Source: Clostridia bacterium
GTDB lineage: Bacteria > Bacillota > Clostridia > Christensenellales > CAG-917
DNA length: 64,000 bases
Reading direction: 5' to 3'
Assembly (NCBI GenBank): GCA_028710495.1
Contig: JAQUST010000004.1
Coordinates: forward strand, 1,613 to 65,612
Under the pieces are notes generated by a model. That model was not told the origin of the DNA. It made no database searches and worked only from the letters and a program-made list of their open reading frames with translations. Below are positions 1 through 9,821 of the stretch, in pieces (positions within the stretch are counted from its first letter, which is position 1; each line of letters opens with the position of its first letter). Made by a program: the position numbers and the translations under genes.

Positions 1-1588
1 TCGTACACCCGAGGTTTTGGATTGCTGGTTTGATAGCGGTTCAATGCCTTTTGCACAATGGCACTATCCATTTGAAAACAAAGAATTATTTGAGAAAGTT
101 TTTCCTGCTGATTTTATCAGCGAGGCAGTTGACCAAACAAGAGGCTGGTTCTATACCTTGCTTGCAATATCAACGCTATTATTTGACCGTTCATCCTTCC
201 GCAACTGCATAGTGCTTGGACTTGTCAATGACAAGGACGGAATAAAAATGTCAAAGCATAAAGGCAATGTTGTCGACCCGTGGACAGTTTTGGACAAACA
301 AGGTGCAGATGCGACAAGATGGTATTTCTACACAACTTCCGCTCCGTGGCTGCCATCCCGTTTTTCCGGCGAAGCCGTGAGTGAAGCACAACGCAAATTT
401 ATGGGCACACTTTGGAATACTTATGCGTTCTTTGTGCTCTATGCGGAAATAGACAAGTTTGACCCGACTAAATATAAACTAGAAGACCAAAAGCTTACGA
501 TAATGGACAAATGGATTTTGTCGGAGCTCAATACTTTGGTTGACTTTGTTGACAAAGGACTCAATGAGTACAAAATCACTGAAACCTCAAGAAAAATTGG
601 TGTTTTTGTTGATGAGTTGTCAAACTGGTATGTGAGACGCAGTCGTGAACGCTTCTGGGGCAGTGATATGACCGCTAACAAGGCGGCAGCTTACACAACC
701 TTGTATACAGTGCTTTCAACACTTTCAAAGGTTATTGCGCCATTTACGCCGTTTGTTGCCGAAAATATCTACCAAAACCTTGTGGCAAACTTTGATGACA
801 AAGCATCGCAAAGCGTACATCTTTCCTCTTTCCCGATTTGTGATGAAAAGTATGTCGACAAATTTTTAGAGCGCGGTATGGAAGATGTATTGAAGGTGGT
901 TGTGCTTGGTCGTTCAGCAAGAAGCAAGGCCAATCTTAAAAACCGTCAACCTTTGCGCACCTTACTTTACAATGGTAAGACTGAACTTAGCCACGAACTC
1001 AAGGAACTTGTTGAGGACGAACTCAATGTCAAGGAAGTTGTTATGTCAGATGACAGCAAAAACTTTGTTGACTACGAATTGAAGCCACAGCTCAAAACTA
1101 TAGGTCCAAAATACGGCAGTTTGCTTGGCAAGATAAAGAATTTCTTGCAAACAACCAATGCCATTGATATTGTCAATGCAATAAAAAATGGTGGTATTTT
1201 TAAAACCCATCTTGATGATAAAGAAGTCGAATTTGCTGAGGATGATTTGTTGATTTCAGTCAAGAATAAGGAAGGTTTTGCTTCAGAAAGTGATGGAGAA
1301 ACGACAGTCGTTTTGACAACTGTACTTGACGATGCTTTGATTGAAGAAGGAATACTTCGAGAATTGGTTTCAAAAATCCAGACTATGAGAAAAGATGCGG
1401 GCTTTGAAGTTGTTGACCATATTATCGTTGGTTATGAGGCAAGCGGCAAAGCGAAGCAAGTTTTGGATAAACGAAATTTTATGAATGATGTTTTGGCAGA
1501 TGCGGCAAGTGAGGTTTTGGACGGCTATCAAAAAGGCTGGGATATCAACGGCGAAAATGTTGTGCTTAGTGTAAAAAAAGTCGGCTAA
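1..1588 (+). CDS. ileS: Isoleucine--tRNA ligase, C-terminal part (5' end outside window)
   Basis: The frame is open from the window edge (codons from nt 2: RTPEVLDCWFDSGSMPF). It has a KMSKHKGN (KMSKS-type) loop and a long anticodon-binding/C-terminal domain. Stop at 1588. Confidence 0.93.
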   Translation, partial: RTPEVLDCWFDSGSMPFAQWHYPFENKELFEKVFPADFISEAVDQTRGWFYTLLAISTLLFDRSSFRNCIVLGLVNDKDGIKMSKHKGNVVDPWTVLDKQGADATRWYFYTTSAPWLPSRFSGEAVSEAQRKFMGTLWNTYAFFVLYAEIDKFDPTKYKLEDQKLTIMDKWILSELNTLVDFVDKGLNEYKITETSRKIGVFVDELSNWYVRRSRERFWGSDMTANKAAAYTTLYTVLSTLSKVIAPFTPFVAENIYQNLVANFDDKASQSVHLSSFPICDEKYVDKFLERGMEDVLKVVVLGRSARSKANLKNRQPLRTLLYNGKTELSHELKELVEDELNVKEVVMSDDSKNFVDYELKPQLKTIGPKYGSLLGKIKNFLQTTNAIDIVNAIKNGGIFKTHLDDKEVEFAEDDLLISVKNKEGFASESDGETTVVLTTVLDDALIEEGILRELVSKIQTMRKDAGFEVVDHIIVGYEASGKAKQVLDKRNFMNDVLADAASEVLDGYQKGWDINGENVVLSVKKVG

Positions 1589-1793
1589 AAAAAATATGAT
1601 CAGTTTATTGATTATCTAAATGACTTGTCCACTTTATCAAGTCTTTATGAAAATAAAGCAAATTGATTGAACTAGCAGTTTATCAAAAGAAACAAATAAC
1701 ATAGTAGAAAATTCAGCAAATATAGCAAATTGGTTAGCTAATTTGAACAATTAAGTTGGCAGAATCAATGAAAATAAAAGAATATGGAGTTTT

Positions 1794-2666
1794 ATGAGAA
1801 TAGCAAGTGACTGGAAAGATTATGAAGTTATCGCAACGGGTGACGGCGAAAAACTTGAAAGGTGGGGTGAGTTCGTTTTCTTGCGCCCTGATCCACAAGT
1901 TATTTGGAAATCCGAAACGCCACTTCGTTCTTATAAAGGTGTTTCTGCCATATATGAGCGTAGCTCGACAGGCGGAGGTCACTGGAATTTCAAAAGCAGA
2001 GTGCCTGAAGAATTTACAATTTGTTGGCGCAATTTGAAGTTTAAACTCAAACTTATGGGTTTCAAGCATACAGGTTTATTTCCAGAACAAGCAGTCAACT
2101 GGGCAAGAATGATAAATTTGATTGAGAATGCAAACCGACCTATCAGCGTTCTGAATTTGTTTGCATATACTGGTGGAGCTACTGTCGCATGTTTGTCTGC
2201 CGGCGCAAGCGTATGCCATGTTGACAGCGCAAAAGCAATGGTTGACCGTGCAGGGGACAATATAAAGCTTTCGGGACTTGCTGATAAACCAGTGCGTTAT
2301 ATTATTGATGATTGCTTCAAGTTTTGCGCAAGAGAACTAAAACGCGGAAAAAAGTATGATGCGATTATTTTGGATCCACCTAGTTTTGGAAGAGGTCCGA
2401 ATGGCGAAATGTGGAAAATCGAAGAAGGTATTTGCGATTTGACAAAACTCGTTGGGCAGTTGCTCAGTGACAATCCGTTGTTCGTTTGTTTGAATTCGTA
2501 CACAACAGGATTGCAACCAGCAGTTATGAAAAATATTTTGACTTTGTCATTGCCAAAGGGCGCTGAAATTGACTCGGATGAAATTGGCTTGCCAACGAAA
2601 GAAGGCTTAGTGCTTCCGCAAGGTTGCACGACTTTTGCTGATTTTTCGAAGCGCACAAAGCAATAA
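1794..2666 (+). CDS. Class I SAM-dependent methyltransferase (RlmI/RlmK-like rRNA methyltransferase core)
   Basis: 290 aa. Rossmann SAM motif LNLFAYTGGATVA, then DSAKAMV...IILDPPSFGRG, typical of the RlmI-type catalytic domain. GGAG lies 4-5 nt upstream of the ATG. Confidence 0.7.
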   Translation: MRIASDWKDYEVIATGDGEKLERWGEFVFLRPDPQVIWKSETPLRSYKGVSAIYERSSTGGGHWNFKSRVPEEFTICWRNLKFKLKLMGFKHTGLFPEQAVNWARMINLIENANRPISVLNLFAYTGGATVACLSAGASVCHVDSAKAMVDRAGDNIKLSGLADKPVRYIIDDCFKFCARELKRGKKYDAIILDPPSFGRGPNGEMWKIEEGICDLTKLVGQLLSDNPLFVCLNSYTTGLQPAVMKNILTLSLPKGAEIDSDEIGLPTKEGLVLPQGCTTFADFSKRTKQ

Positions 2667-2828
2667 AATATTTTTATCGAACTAAGTAAAAGTTTTTAAG
2701 TTTTAATTAATAAAATATTTGATAGTAAGTAATATATTTTTTGAAGAGCATAACGCGGTTAAATATTTTGAGCTAATGAAGTGATAATTTTGAAAAGCGC
2801 AAGTGATAAATTTTTTAAAACGTACTTA

Positions 2829-2904
2829 GCAATAATAGCAATAATAGCGATAATATAGGATAATAGCTATTATAGAAACATATAGAATAATAGAAATAAC
2901 ATAG
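2829..2904. repeat. Degenerate short-period repeat array (units ending in ATAG, 8-11 bp apart)
   Basis: Reads GCAATAATAG CAATAATAG CGATAATATAG GATAATAG CTATTATAG AAACATATAG AATAATAG AAATAACATAG. The ATAG ends fall at 2838, 2847, 2858, 2866, 2875, 2885, 2893 and 2904. Confidence 0.8.
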
Positions 2905-2984
2905 ATAATAAATAAATTTGTAATTACAACAGCTTTTGAGAAAACATAAGATATGTTTCTGCAGGCAGAAAACAAGGACTTGAT

Positions 2985-3743
2985 ATGAGAGAAGACATTA
3001 AAATTATTTTTGAAGATAATCACATACTCGTGGTTTCAAAACCACCATTTGTACCCGTTCAAGAGGATGAGAGCGGAGACGAAGACATGCTTACTGCATT
3101 GAAAAAGTATTTGATTGAAAAATACAACAAGCCCGGAGATGCTTTTCTTGGACTTGTGCACAGGCTTGACCGCCCGACCGGTGGGGTTATGGTCTTTGCA
3201 AAAACCTCAAAAGCGGCTGCACGACTTAGCGAAGCGATAAGAAATGGCGAAGTTGAAAAACGATATCTTACAGTTGTCCACGGTGAACCCCGTGACAAAC
3301 AAAGAAAACTGGTCAATTACCTGAAAAAATATCCTGAAATAAACACCGTAAAGGTTGTTCCATCGTTGACCGAGGGAGCAAAGTACGCCGAACTTGATTA
3401 CAAAGTTTTGGATACTAAGGAGGGTATGAGCCTAGTGCTCGTCAATCTAATAACAGGACGCAGTCATCAAATTCGAGTGCAAATGGCAACAATCGGTCAT
3501 TCGGTTGTGGGAGATTGCAAGTACGGAAATGATGAAAATCTAAAACTACCGATATGCCTATGGGCGGCAGAACTGCGTTTCAGTCATCCGATAAGCGGAC
3601 AAAAAATGGTGTTTAAGGTTTATCCGCCTGAGGATTTGCCTTACTGGAATTTATTCGATATTGACCAATATCTCAGGATATCAGTCAAAAACGATGCGAC
3701 TCTTGATGTTACTGACACAACAATCGAGAATTATGATAAATAA
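2985..3743 (+). CDS. RluA-family pseudouridine synthase (no S4 domain)
   Basis: 252 aa. Catalytic motif HRLDRPTGGVMVFAK, and GRSHQIRVQMA typical of the RluA/RsuA superfamily. AAGGA lies 6 nt upstream. Confidence 0.85.
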   Translation: MREDIKIIFEDNHILVVSKPPFVPVQEDESGDEDMLTALKKYLIEKYNKPGDAFLGLVHRLDRPTGGVMVFAKTSKAAARLSEAIRNGEVEKRYLTVVHGEPRDKQRKLVNYLKKYPEINTVKVVPSLTEGAKYAELDYKVLDTKEGMSLVLVNLITGRSHQIRVQMATIGHSVVGDCKYGNDENLKLPICLWAAELRFSHPISGQKMVFKVYPPEDLPYWNLFDIDQYLRISVKNDATLDVTDTTIENYDK

Positions 3744-3756
3744 TTAGGAGTTTTCA

Positions 3757-5415
3757 ATGGAATTTATAAATAAAACTTTGGGCGAGGTTATCGGACAATT
3801 AGCGAATGATTATCCAAGTAATCTTGCATTCAAATTTCCATATAAGAATTATGAAAGAACTTGGAAAGAATTTGATAAAGAGACAGATGAGATAGCAAAG
3901 GGCTTTATGGCTCTTGGAATAAAAAAAGGCGATAAGGTCTCAATTTGGACTTCAAATACTCCCGAATGGGCATTGACTTTGTTTTCTGCCACAAAAATAG
4001 GCGCAATTCTGGTCACAGTAAACACAAGTTATAAAATCTTTGAACTCGAATATTTACTTACACAATCAGACACTAAAGCTTTGGTTATGATGGGTGGTTT
4101 CAAAGATTCGGACTATGTTGAAATTGTACATAATTTATTTCCGGATCTGAAAAGTAGTCACGACGGAGTTGTGTCATCTGATGCTATGCCTTTTATTGAA
4201 AGAATAATTTTTGCGGGAGAAGAAACTCCAGAAGGAATGCTCAACTTTGCAGACCTCAAGGAACTTGGCAAATCTGTTTCTGATGATGTACTCAAAATTG
4301 CAAAAGACTCGTGCGATAAAGATGATGTCATCAATATTCAATACACCTCCGGCACAACTGGATTTCCAAAAGGCGTTATGCTCACGCATTACAACATAAT
4401 AAACAATGGCAAGAGTATCGGCGACGGTATGAAGTTTTCGATAGATGATAAACTTTGCATTTGCGTTCCTTTTTTTCACTGCTTTGGTCTAGTGCTTGCA
4501 ATGATGGCTTGCATAACTCACGGAACGGCAATGGTGCCGCTTGACTACAATCCAGTGAAAGTAATGTCCGCGATTTCTAATGAGAGATGTACTGCTGTGC
4601 ACGGTGTGCCGACAATGTTTATTGCGATGCTAGAAAATGCAGGATTTGAAGAATACAATTTTTCTTCACTCAGAACTGGCATAATGGCAGGTTCGCCTTG
4701 TCCAATCAATGTTATGAAGCAAGTCATTGAAAGAATGAACATGAGCGAATTGGTTATTGTTTTTGGACAAACCGAATCGTCACCGGGTTGCACGATGACA
4801 ACGACGGAAGACAGCACCGAACATCGTGTTTCGACAGTCGGAAAAGCTTTTGAAGGTGTGACTTGCAAGATTGTTGATCCTGAAACAGGCGAAGAAGTCG
4901 CAGTCGGACAGACAGGTGAGTTTTGCGCTAAAGGCTACAACATAATGAAAGGATATTACAAAATGCCTGAGGCAACGGCACAAGCCATTGACAAAGACGG
5001 TTGGCTTCACTTTGGTGACCTTTGCACAGTAGATAAAAATGGATATTACAAAGTTGTCGGTCGCTTAAAAGATATGATAATTCGTGGCGGTGAAAATATT
5101 TACCCTAAAGAAATTGAAGAATTCCTCTATACTGTTCCGCAAGTAAGCGATGTTCAGGTGGTTGGAATTCCAAGTGAGAAATACGGCGAAGAAGTTATGG
5201 CGTTTATTATTTTAAGAAAAGATGCTGAAATTACTGAACAGGAATTAAAAGATATAATAAAAGCTAATATGGCTCGACATAAAGTGCCTTCACATATTCG
5301 CTTTGTTGAATCATTTCCTGTCACTGCAAGTGGCAAAATTCAAAAATTCAAGCTTCGCGATGAAGCAATAGAAATCTTGAAGCTTCAAGAAGCTGCAAAA
5401 ATCGAAACCGCTTAA
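3757..5415 (+). CDS. AMP-binding acyl-CoA synthetase / fatty-acid--CoA ligase family
   Basis: 552 aa. AMP-binding signature YTSGTTGFPKGVMLTH, a GEFCAKGYNIMKGYY core and a C-terminal GKIQKFKLR lysine motif. Confidence 0.85.
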   Translation: MEFINKTLGEVIGQLANDYPSNLAFKFPYKNYERTWKEFDKETDEIAKGFMALGIKKGDKVSIWTSNTPEWALTLFSATKIGAILVTVNTSYKIFELEYLLTQSDTKALVMMGGFKDSDYVEIVHNLFPDLKSSHDGVVSSDAMPFIERIIFAGEETPEGMLNFADLKELGKSVSDDVLKIAKDSCDKDDVINIQYTSGTTGFPKGVMLTHYNIINNGKSIGDGMKFSIDDKLCICVPFFHCFGLVLAMMACITHGTAMVPLDYNPVKVMSAISNERCTAVHGVPTMFIAMLENAGFEEYNFSSLRTGIMAGSPCPINVMKQVIERMNMSELVIVFGQTESSPGCTMTTTEDSTEHRVSTVGKAFEGVTCKIVDPETGEEVAVGQTGEFCAKGYNIMKGYYKMPEATAQAIDKDGWLHFGDLCTVDKNGYYKVVGRLKDMIIRGGENIYPKEIEEFLYTVPQVSDVQVVGIPSEKYGEEVMAFIILRKDAEITEQELKDIIKANMARHKVPSHIRFVESFPVTASGKIQKFKLRDEAIEILKLQEAAKIETA

Positions 5416-5427
5416 GGAGGTATGAAT

Positions 5428-6219
5428 ATGAAACTAGCATTTTCTACACTAGGTTGTCCAAACTGGAATTTTTGGGATGTTTTCAGCACGGCAAAAGATT
5501 TGGGATATTCTGCTGTTGAAGTAAGAGGAATCGGTCGTGATATTTACGCTCCAAATATAAAGCAATTTTCAAACGATTCTGATGTAACAATACAAAAGCT
5601 CAATACAATGGGTGTTGGAATTTCGATGTTTACATCAGCCGCTACTTTTGCGGAGCACAATGATCAGGAAAAATCGATGAAAGAAGCCAAAGAATACATT
5701 GATTTGGCAAAAAAAATGAATGTGCCTTATGTTAGAATAATGTCTACTGACAGACCACAGTTTGACGGTGGAGATATAGTACTTTGCAAAAAACTTTTTG
5801 CCGAACTCGTTGATTATGCGGACGGAACCGGAGTTACTCCTCTTATGGAAACGAACGGTTTGTTTGTTGACACAAAGGCGCTAACGAATTTTTTGAATGA
5901 CATTGGCGGAAACAGCGGCGCGCTTTGGGATATTCATCATCCTTACCGTTTTGGCGGTGAAACGATTGAGCAGTCGATAGATAATTTGGGCGATAAAATA
6001 AAGTATGTTCATCTCAAAGACAGTATTGTTGAAAAGGGCGCGACAGCATACAAAATGATGGGTTATGGAGATATTCCTCTAGCGAAAGCTATAAATGAAC
6101 TCAAATCTATAAATTTTGACGGGTATTACACTTTGGAATGGGTGAAGCGTTGGAATAAAGAGCTTGAAGAACCGGGAATTGTGTTCTCTCACTTTGTCAG
6201 TTATATGAAAAAATTCTAA
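5428..6219 (+). CDS. Sugar phosphate isomerase/epimerase (xylose isomerase-like TIM barrel)
   Basis: N-terminus KLAFSTLGCPNW, with later HLKD and EW motifs typical of the AP-endonuclease-2/xylose-isomerase-like fold. AAGGAGG at 5414-5420 favours the ATG at 5428 over the track start at 5422. Confidence 0.7.
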   Translation: MKLAFSTLGCPNWNFWDVFSTAKDLGYSAVEVRGIGRDIYAPNIKQFSNDSDVTIQKLNTMGVGISMFTSAATFAEHNDQEKSMKEAKEYIDLAKKMNVPYVRIMSTDRPQFDGGDIVLCKKLFAELVDYADGTGVTPLMETNGLFVDTKALTNFLNDIGGNSGALWDIHHPYRFGGETIEQSIDNLGDKIKYVHLKDSIVEKGATAYKMMGYGDIPLAKAINELKSINFDGYYTLEWVKRWNKELEEPGIVFSHFVSYMKKF

Positions 6220-6225
6220 GCGAAG

Positions 6226-6250
6226 GCAGAGTTTCAGACTCTGCTTTTAC
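6226..6250 (+). terminator. Intrinsic terminator after the isomerase gene
   Basis: GCAGAGT (6226-6232) pairs with ACTCTGC (6238-6244) around loop TTCAG, followed by TTTTACAATTTTT. Confidence 0.7.
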
Positions 6251-6290
6251 AATTTTTAAATTGTAAAAAATATGCGAAATAAAATGGTAT

Positions 6291-7862
6291 ATGCGAAATA
6301 AAATTATAAAATTAAAAGACAAAAATTTTTCAATTAATTACTTACTTAAAGTATTAGTGCCGCTTTTGGCATATAGTGGACTTGCGGGAATTGCAGTTGG
6401 TCTTGTGGTGACACTGTTCAAGCGCGGAGCGGAATTTCTTTCACAATATGCGTTGATTGCTTACATATTTGTAAAAGAAAATCCAGTTTGGATTCCTGTT
6501 TTTCTTGTTGCACTTATTGTTTTGGCATTGTTAATGTCGATTTTGTTAAAGAAAGTTCCAGAAGCAAGAGGAAGTGGTATTCCTCGTACTTTGGGTATTT
6601 TGAAAGGTAAATTGCATTTCAAATGGTTCAAAATGTTTATCGGTTCATTGATAGGTAGCTATATTTCATTTTTAAGTGGTTTATCACTTGGAGTTGAAGG
6701 TCCGTCAGTGCAGCTTGGCTCTTCAGCCGCAACGGGTATTTCTGATATAACAAACAGTAGATATGCTTGGAGAAGATACATATCCACCAGCGGCGCATGC
6801 GCAGGTTTTGCAGTCGCATTTCAAGCTCCGATTGCTGGAATTATTTTTGGACTTGAAGAAGTTCATAAAAAATTCAGCCCGCTTTTGATAATCTCAGGCG
6901 CGACCTCCGTCATGTTTGCAAGTCTGGTTTCTGAAGCAGTCGCGTCACTTTGGGGAGGAACATCCTCATTGCTTTCTATGGCTACCAACTTGCTTTCAAT
7001 TCCGTTCAATTTGTCATGGGCTTTGGCTATTGTCGGGCTTGCGTGCGGATTGTTTGCCACATTATTTAATTTCTTACTATTGAAAGCAGATAAAATAAAA
7101 TTTAAAAAACTTCCGCAATGGTCACGAATTGTTATTGTGTTTTTGGTGTCAGGGGTAATTGGATTGCTGTTTATTGATAGTGTTGGAAGTGGCAGAACAA
7201 TTATCACTTCCGTTTTAGAAATGAATATGGTATGGCAGACAATATTGATTTTACTTTTCGCAAAGTTTGTTTTGTTGATTATGAATTTTCATTCTGGAGC
7301 AACCGGAGGTTTGTTTATACCAATGTTATCTTTGGGCGCGCTTGTTGGTGCATTGTGTGCTGAACTCCTTACTCATATGGGCGTTGACCCGATGTACTAT
7401 CAAACTATAGTTGTTATGTCAATGGCTGCGTTTATGGGAGCGAGTATAAGAGCGCCACTTACGGCTATGGTATTGATTATTGAAATAACCGGAACTGTTC
7501 CCGGTTTGCTTTCACTTAGTGTCGAAATTTTTGTCGCATATATTATTGCAGAATTTTGTATGCGCCGTCCATTCTACGACGTTTTGCTTGAACGCGAAAT
7601 TGATAAACAAACGAATGGCAATATAGACAAGTCAAGTTCAACAATATTGACTGTCGCAAAGGGAGCTTTTGTTGAAGACAAAGCTCTGCGTGACATATTT
7701 TGGCCTTCTGATGCAAAAGTGCGTTCAATAATCAGACAAGATGAAGAAGCTGAAATCAATGGTAGAACAGTGCTTTTAGCAGGAGACACCGTTAGGATAA
7801 ATTTCAAATCCTATGATATTGATAAAACTGAAAAAGAGCTTAGAGAACTGATTTGCGGTTGA
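6291..7862 (+). CDS. ClC-family voltage-gated chloride channel/antiporter with a C-terminal RCK-C-like domain
   Basis: 523 aa and polytopic. ClC selectivity motifs GSGIP, GVEGP and GGLFIP are present. The soluble tail (TVAKGAFVEDKAL...GDTVRINF) resembles TrkA-C. Confidence 0.85.
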   Translation: MRNKIIKLKDKNFSINYLLKVLVPLLAYSGLAGIAVGLVVTLFKRGAEFLSQYALIAYIFVKENPVWIPVFLVALIVLALLMSILLKKVPEARGSGIPRTLGILKGKLHFKWFKMFIGSLIGSYISFLSGLSLGVEGPSVQLGSSAATGISDITNSRYAWRRYISTSGACAGFAVAFQAPIAGIIFGLEEVHKKFSPLLIISGATSVMFASLVSEAVASLWGGTSSLLSMATNLLSIPFNLSWALAIVGLACGLFATLFNFLLLKADKIKFKKLPQWSRIVIVFLVSGVIGLLFIDSVGSGRTIITSVLEMNMVWQTILILLFAKFVLLIMNFHSGATGGLFIPMLSLGALVGALCAELLTHMGVDPMYYQTIVVMSMAAFMGASIRAPLTAMVLIIEITGTVPGLLSLSVEIFVAYIIAEFCMRRPFYDVLLEREIDKQTNGNIDKSSSTILTVAKGAFVEDKALRDIFWPSDAKVRSIIRQDEEAEINGRTVLLAGDTVRINFKSYDIDKTEKELRELICG

Positions 7863-7931
7863 TTTGCAAATTAGTTGTGTATTTTCGCTTTTCACTATTT
7901 ATTTACCAATTATTTAACAATTACAAATTAA

Positions 7932-8426
7932 CTATCCAATAGACGCTTTTGTCAAGTAAGCGTCTTTTTCTAATCTTCGCTTTATTGTGGACAATAAAGC
8001 GATATTGCCGTATTCTTCAGAAAGCCATTTTTCATCAAAACCTTGAGTGGACAAAATATGCTCAAAATCGCTCATTGCGCTGTCATAACGGCGAAATACT
8101 GTGCGGAGAACGACATCGGTTTGATCTGCAATTTCTTGAAATGTTTTTCTTTCAAAAAATCTCAAGCGCAATAGTTCATTGTGAGTTGGGGAAAGTTGTT
8201 CAAGACCACTTTCAACAATTACTTTTATATTGCAGATTCTGCGCTTTTCATCGTTTAATTCAATAATTGATTTGAATAAATCTTCATTTTGAATGCCTAA
8301 ACGCAGGTGTTTTGATTGAAAACCACTTTTTACACGTGATTTTACTGAGAAATCAATAAATTTTACTATTTTGGGTAACGCAGAAAATGCAACAAGCAAC
8401 GTGTTGCACCAAGAATTATTTTTCAA
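7932..8426 (-). CDS. Small protein with only a sigma-70 region-4-type HTH (function unknown)
   Basis: 164 aa. LSPTHNELLRLRFFERKTFQEIADQTDVVLRTVFRRYDSA looks like a sigma-70 region 4 / ECF-type HTH, and no region 2 is recognisable. TTG start at 8426 is preceded by AGGAGGT with a 5-nt spacer (minus strand). Confidence 0.6.
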   Translation of the reverse strand: MKNNSWCNTLLVAFSALPKIVKFIDFSVKSRVKSGFQSKHLRLGIQNEDLFKSIIELNDEKRRICNIKVIVESGLEQLSPTHNELLRLRFFERKTFQEIADQTDVVLRTVFRRYDSAMSDFEHILSTQGFDEKWLSEEYGNIALLSTIKRRLEKDAYLTKASIG

Positions 8427-8670
8427 GGGGACCTCCTGGGAAAAAAGAAAATATTTGGATTTCTCTCAGTTTAGGTCACGATAATTGGGAATTGGGTGAA
8501 ATTATGACATGCTTAATGACGCATTTATGTCGAAAATTATCTAAATTTGTTTATATGACAAAAATTGCAATATAATTTCATTAAAAGAATGATTTCGACA
8601 AAATATATGTGAAATAGCATTATAAAAATTTATTACAAAATATGTTAAAATAAATTTAAATTATTAAATG

Positions 8671-9672
8671 TTAGAATAACGCAAGCGAAAACACAAAACA
8701 CAAAATGAAACTAATTATTGCTTGAGTAAGTTTCTGAGTAATAATTGTTTTTACTTTAATTTTACAGCGAGACAAAAATGTTATGCATTGAGCCAATATA
8801 CTTAACCCTCCAAAGGAGATAATTGCACAACATAATGGAACGCTTATGATCTTTGATACGCTCAATCTGCTTGCCATATAACTGCCGTTTGTCATTTCAA
8901 CCATTCCTGACAATATGGTCGTGGTTATGTCTGCTGGTAAAACAAATGATAATGCAGATGAAATAAATGAAATAACGCCAACATTTGTGAGCGCATTCAA
9001 AAATATTGTGAAAACGCAGATAAAACCACCAACAATAAGAATTGAATTTGTCGCAGAAATGATAGATTCAGATAAAATATTATTACAGTTGTCTATAAGC
9101 ACAGGATTTGAATTTGTTTGAGATATGTCGCGTTTTCGTCCTCTATACAATAGCCCGTTTAGTAAAGCAGAAAGGTAATGTGCGAGCAAAATTACAACGC
9201 CCACCATTACATCATTAAACATAATTGAACCTACTGTGCCTAGAATAAAAATAGGGTTTGAAGTTGAGCAAAAGGCCGCGCATTTTTTTGCATCGGCTGA
9301 TGACAGCATATTGTTGGTGTGAAAGTCGGAAGTTAGTTTTGCACCTATCGGGTAGCCTGAAAGTATACTCATAGTGAACACATAGGCCGACAGTGGCGGA
9401 GCATTGAATAAAAATCTAAAAGGTTTTTTGCCCAGCGTTGCAATATTCTTTGCAACGCCGAGCTTTGTCAAGAAGGTGGAAAAAAAGAAAAAAGGAAAGA
9501 GTGCAGGAAGTACGGAAACAGCAAAAAGAAGAATTCCGTCGCGCGCAGACTTTATATAAATTGCCGGTTGAACCAGCAATAAAACCATAAGAAAGCCACA
9601 AAAAATTATTGCAAGCATTCTTAACGGGGAAAGCCGTTTGAACATTCTTTGTATCAAGGCAAGACAGCGCAT
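8671..9672 (-). CDS. ylbJ: Sporulation integral membrane protein YlbJ family (nucleoside-recognition-type membrane protein)
   Basis: 333 aa and polytopic. The N-terminal ARDGILLFAVSVLPALFPFFFFS pattern is typical of YlbJ, and the position near ylbM/rpmF matches Bacillus. No clear SD, so the start is uncertain. Confidence 0.7.
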   Translation of the reverse strand: MRCLALIQRMFKRLSPLRMLAIIFCGFLMVLLLVQPAIYIKSARDGILLFAVSVLPALFPFFFFSTFLTKLGVAKNIATLGKKPFRFLFNAPPLSAYVFTMSILSGYPIGAKLTSDFHTNNMLSSADAKKCAAFCSTSNPIFILGTVGSIMFNDVMVGVVILLAHYLSALLNGLLYRGRKRDISQTNSNPVLIDNCNNILSESIISATNSILIVGGFICVFTIFLNALTNVGVISFISSALSFVLPADITTTILSGMVEMTNGSYMASRLSVSKIISVPLCCAIISFGGLSILAQCITFLSRCKIKVKTIITQKLTQAIISFILCFVFSLALF

Positions 9673-9821
9673 ATTAGAATATATGAAAATGAAATTCTGA
9701 TATGAAAATTATCATATACATTTATAAATATTACAAGAATTTTGGTTTTGTGATACTTTTTTTGAAAAGATAAAATTTCGATATTGAGATAAAATAATAT
9801 TAAATTGTAATTGTATTAGAT

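Noticed and set aside
2826-3023. A 65-aa minus-strand ORF rich in I/Y/L.
   Set aside because: It is an artefact of translating the ATAG repeat array. It has no SD and overlaps the start of the RluA-family gene.
6220-6290. A possible fluoride (crcB-motif) riboswitch upstream of the ClC gene.
   Set aside because: Only about 40 nt lie between the upstream terminator and the start codon, and no crcB-like pseudoknot sequence is recognisable.
8387-8575. A 62-aa plus-strand ORF in the spacer upstream of the sigma-like gene.
   Set aside because: It has no SD, overlaps the SD and start of the minus-strand gene, and is Cys/His-rich nonsense. It is probably non-coding.
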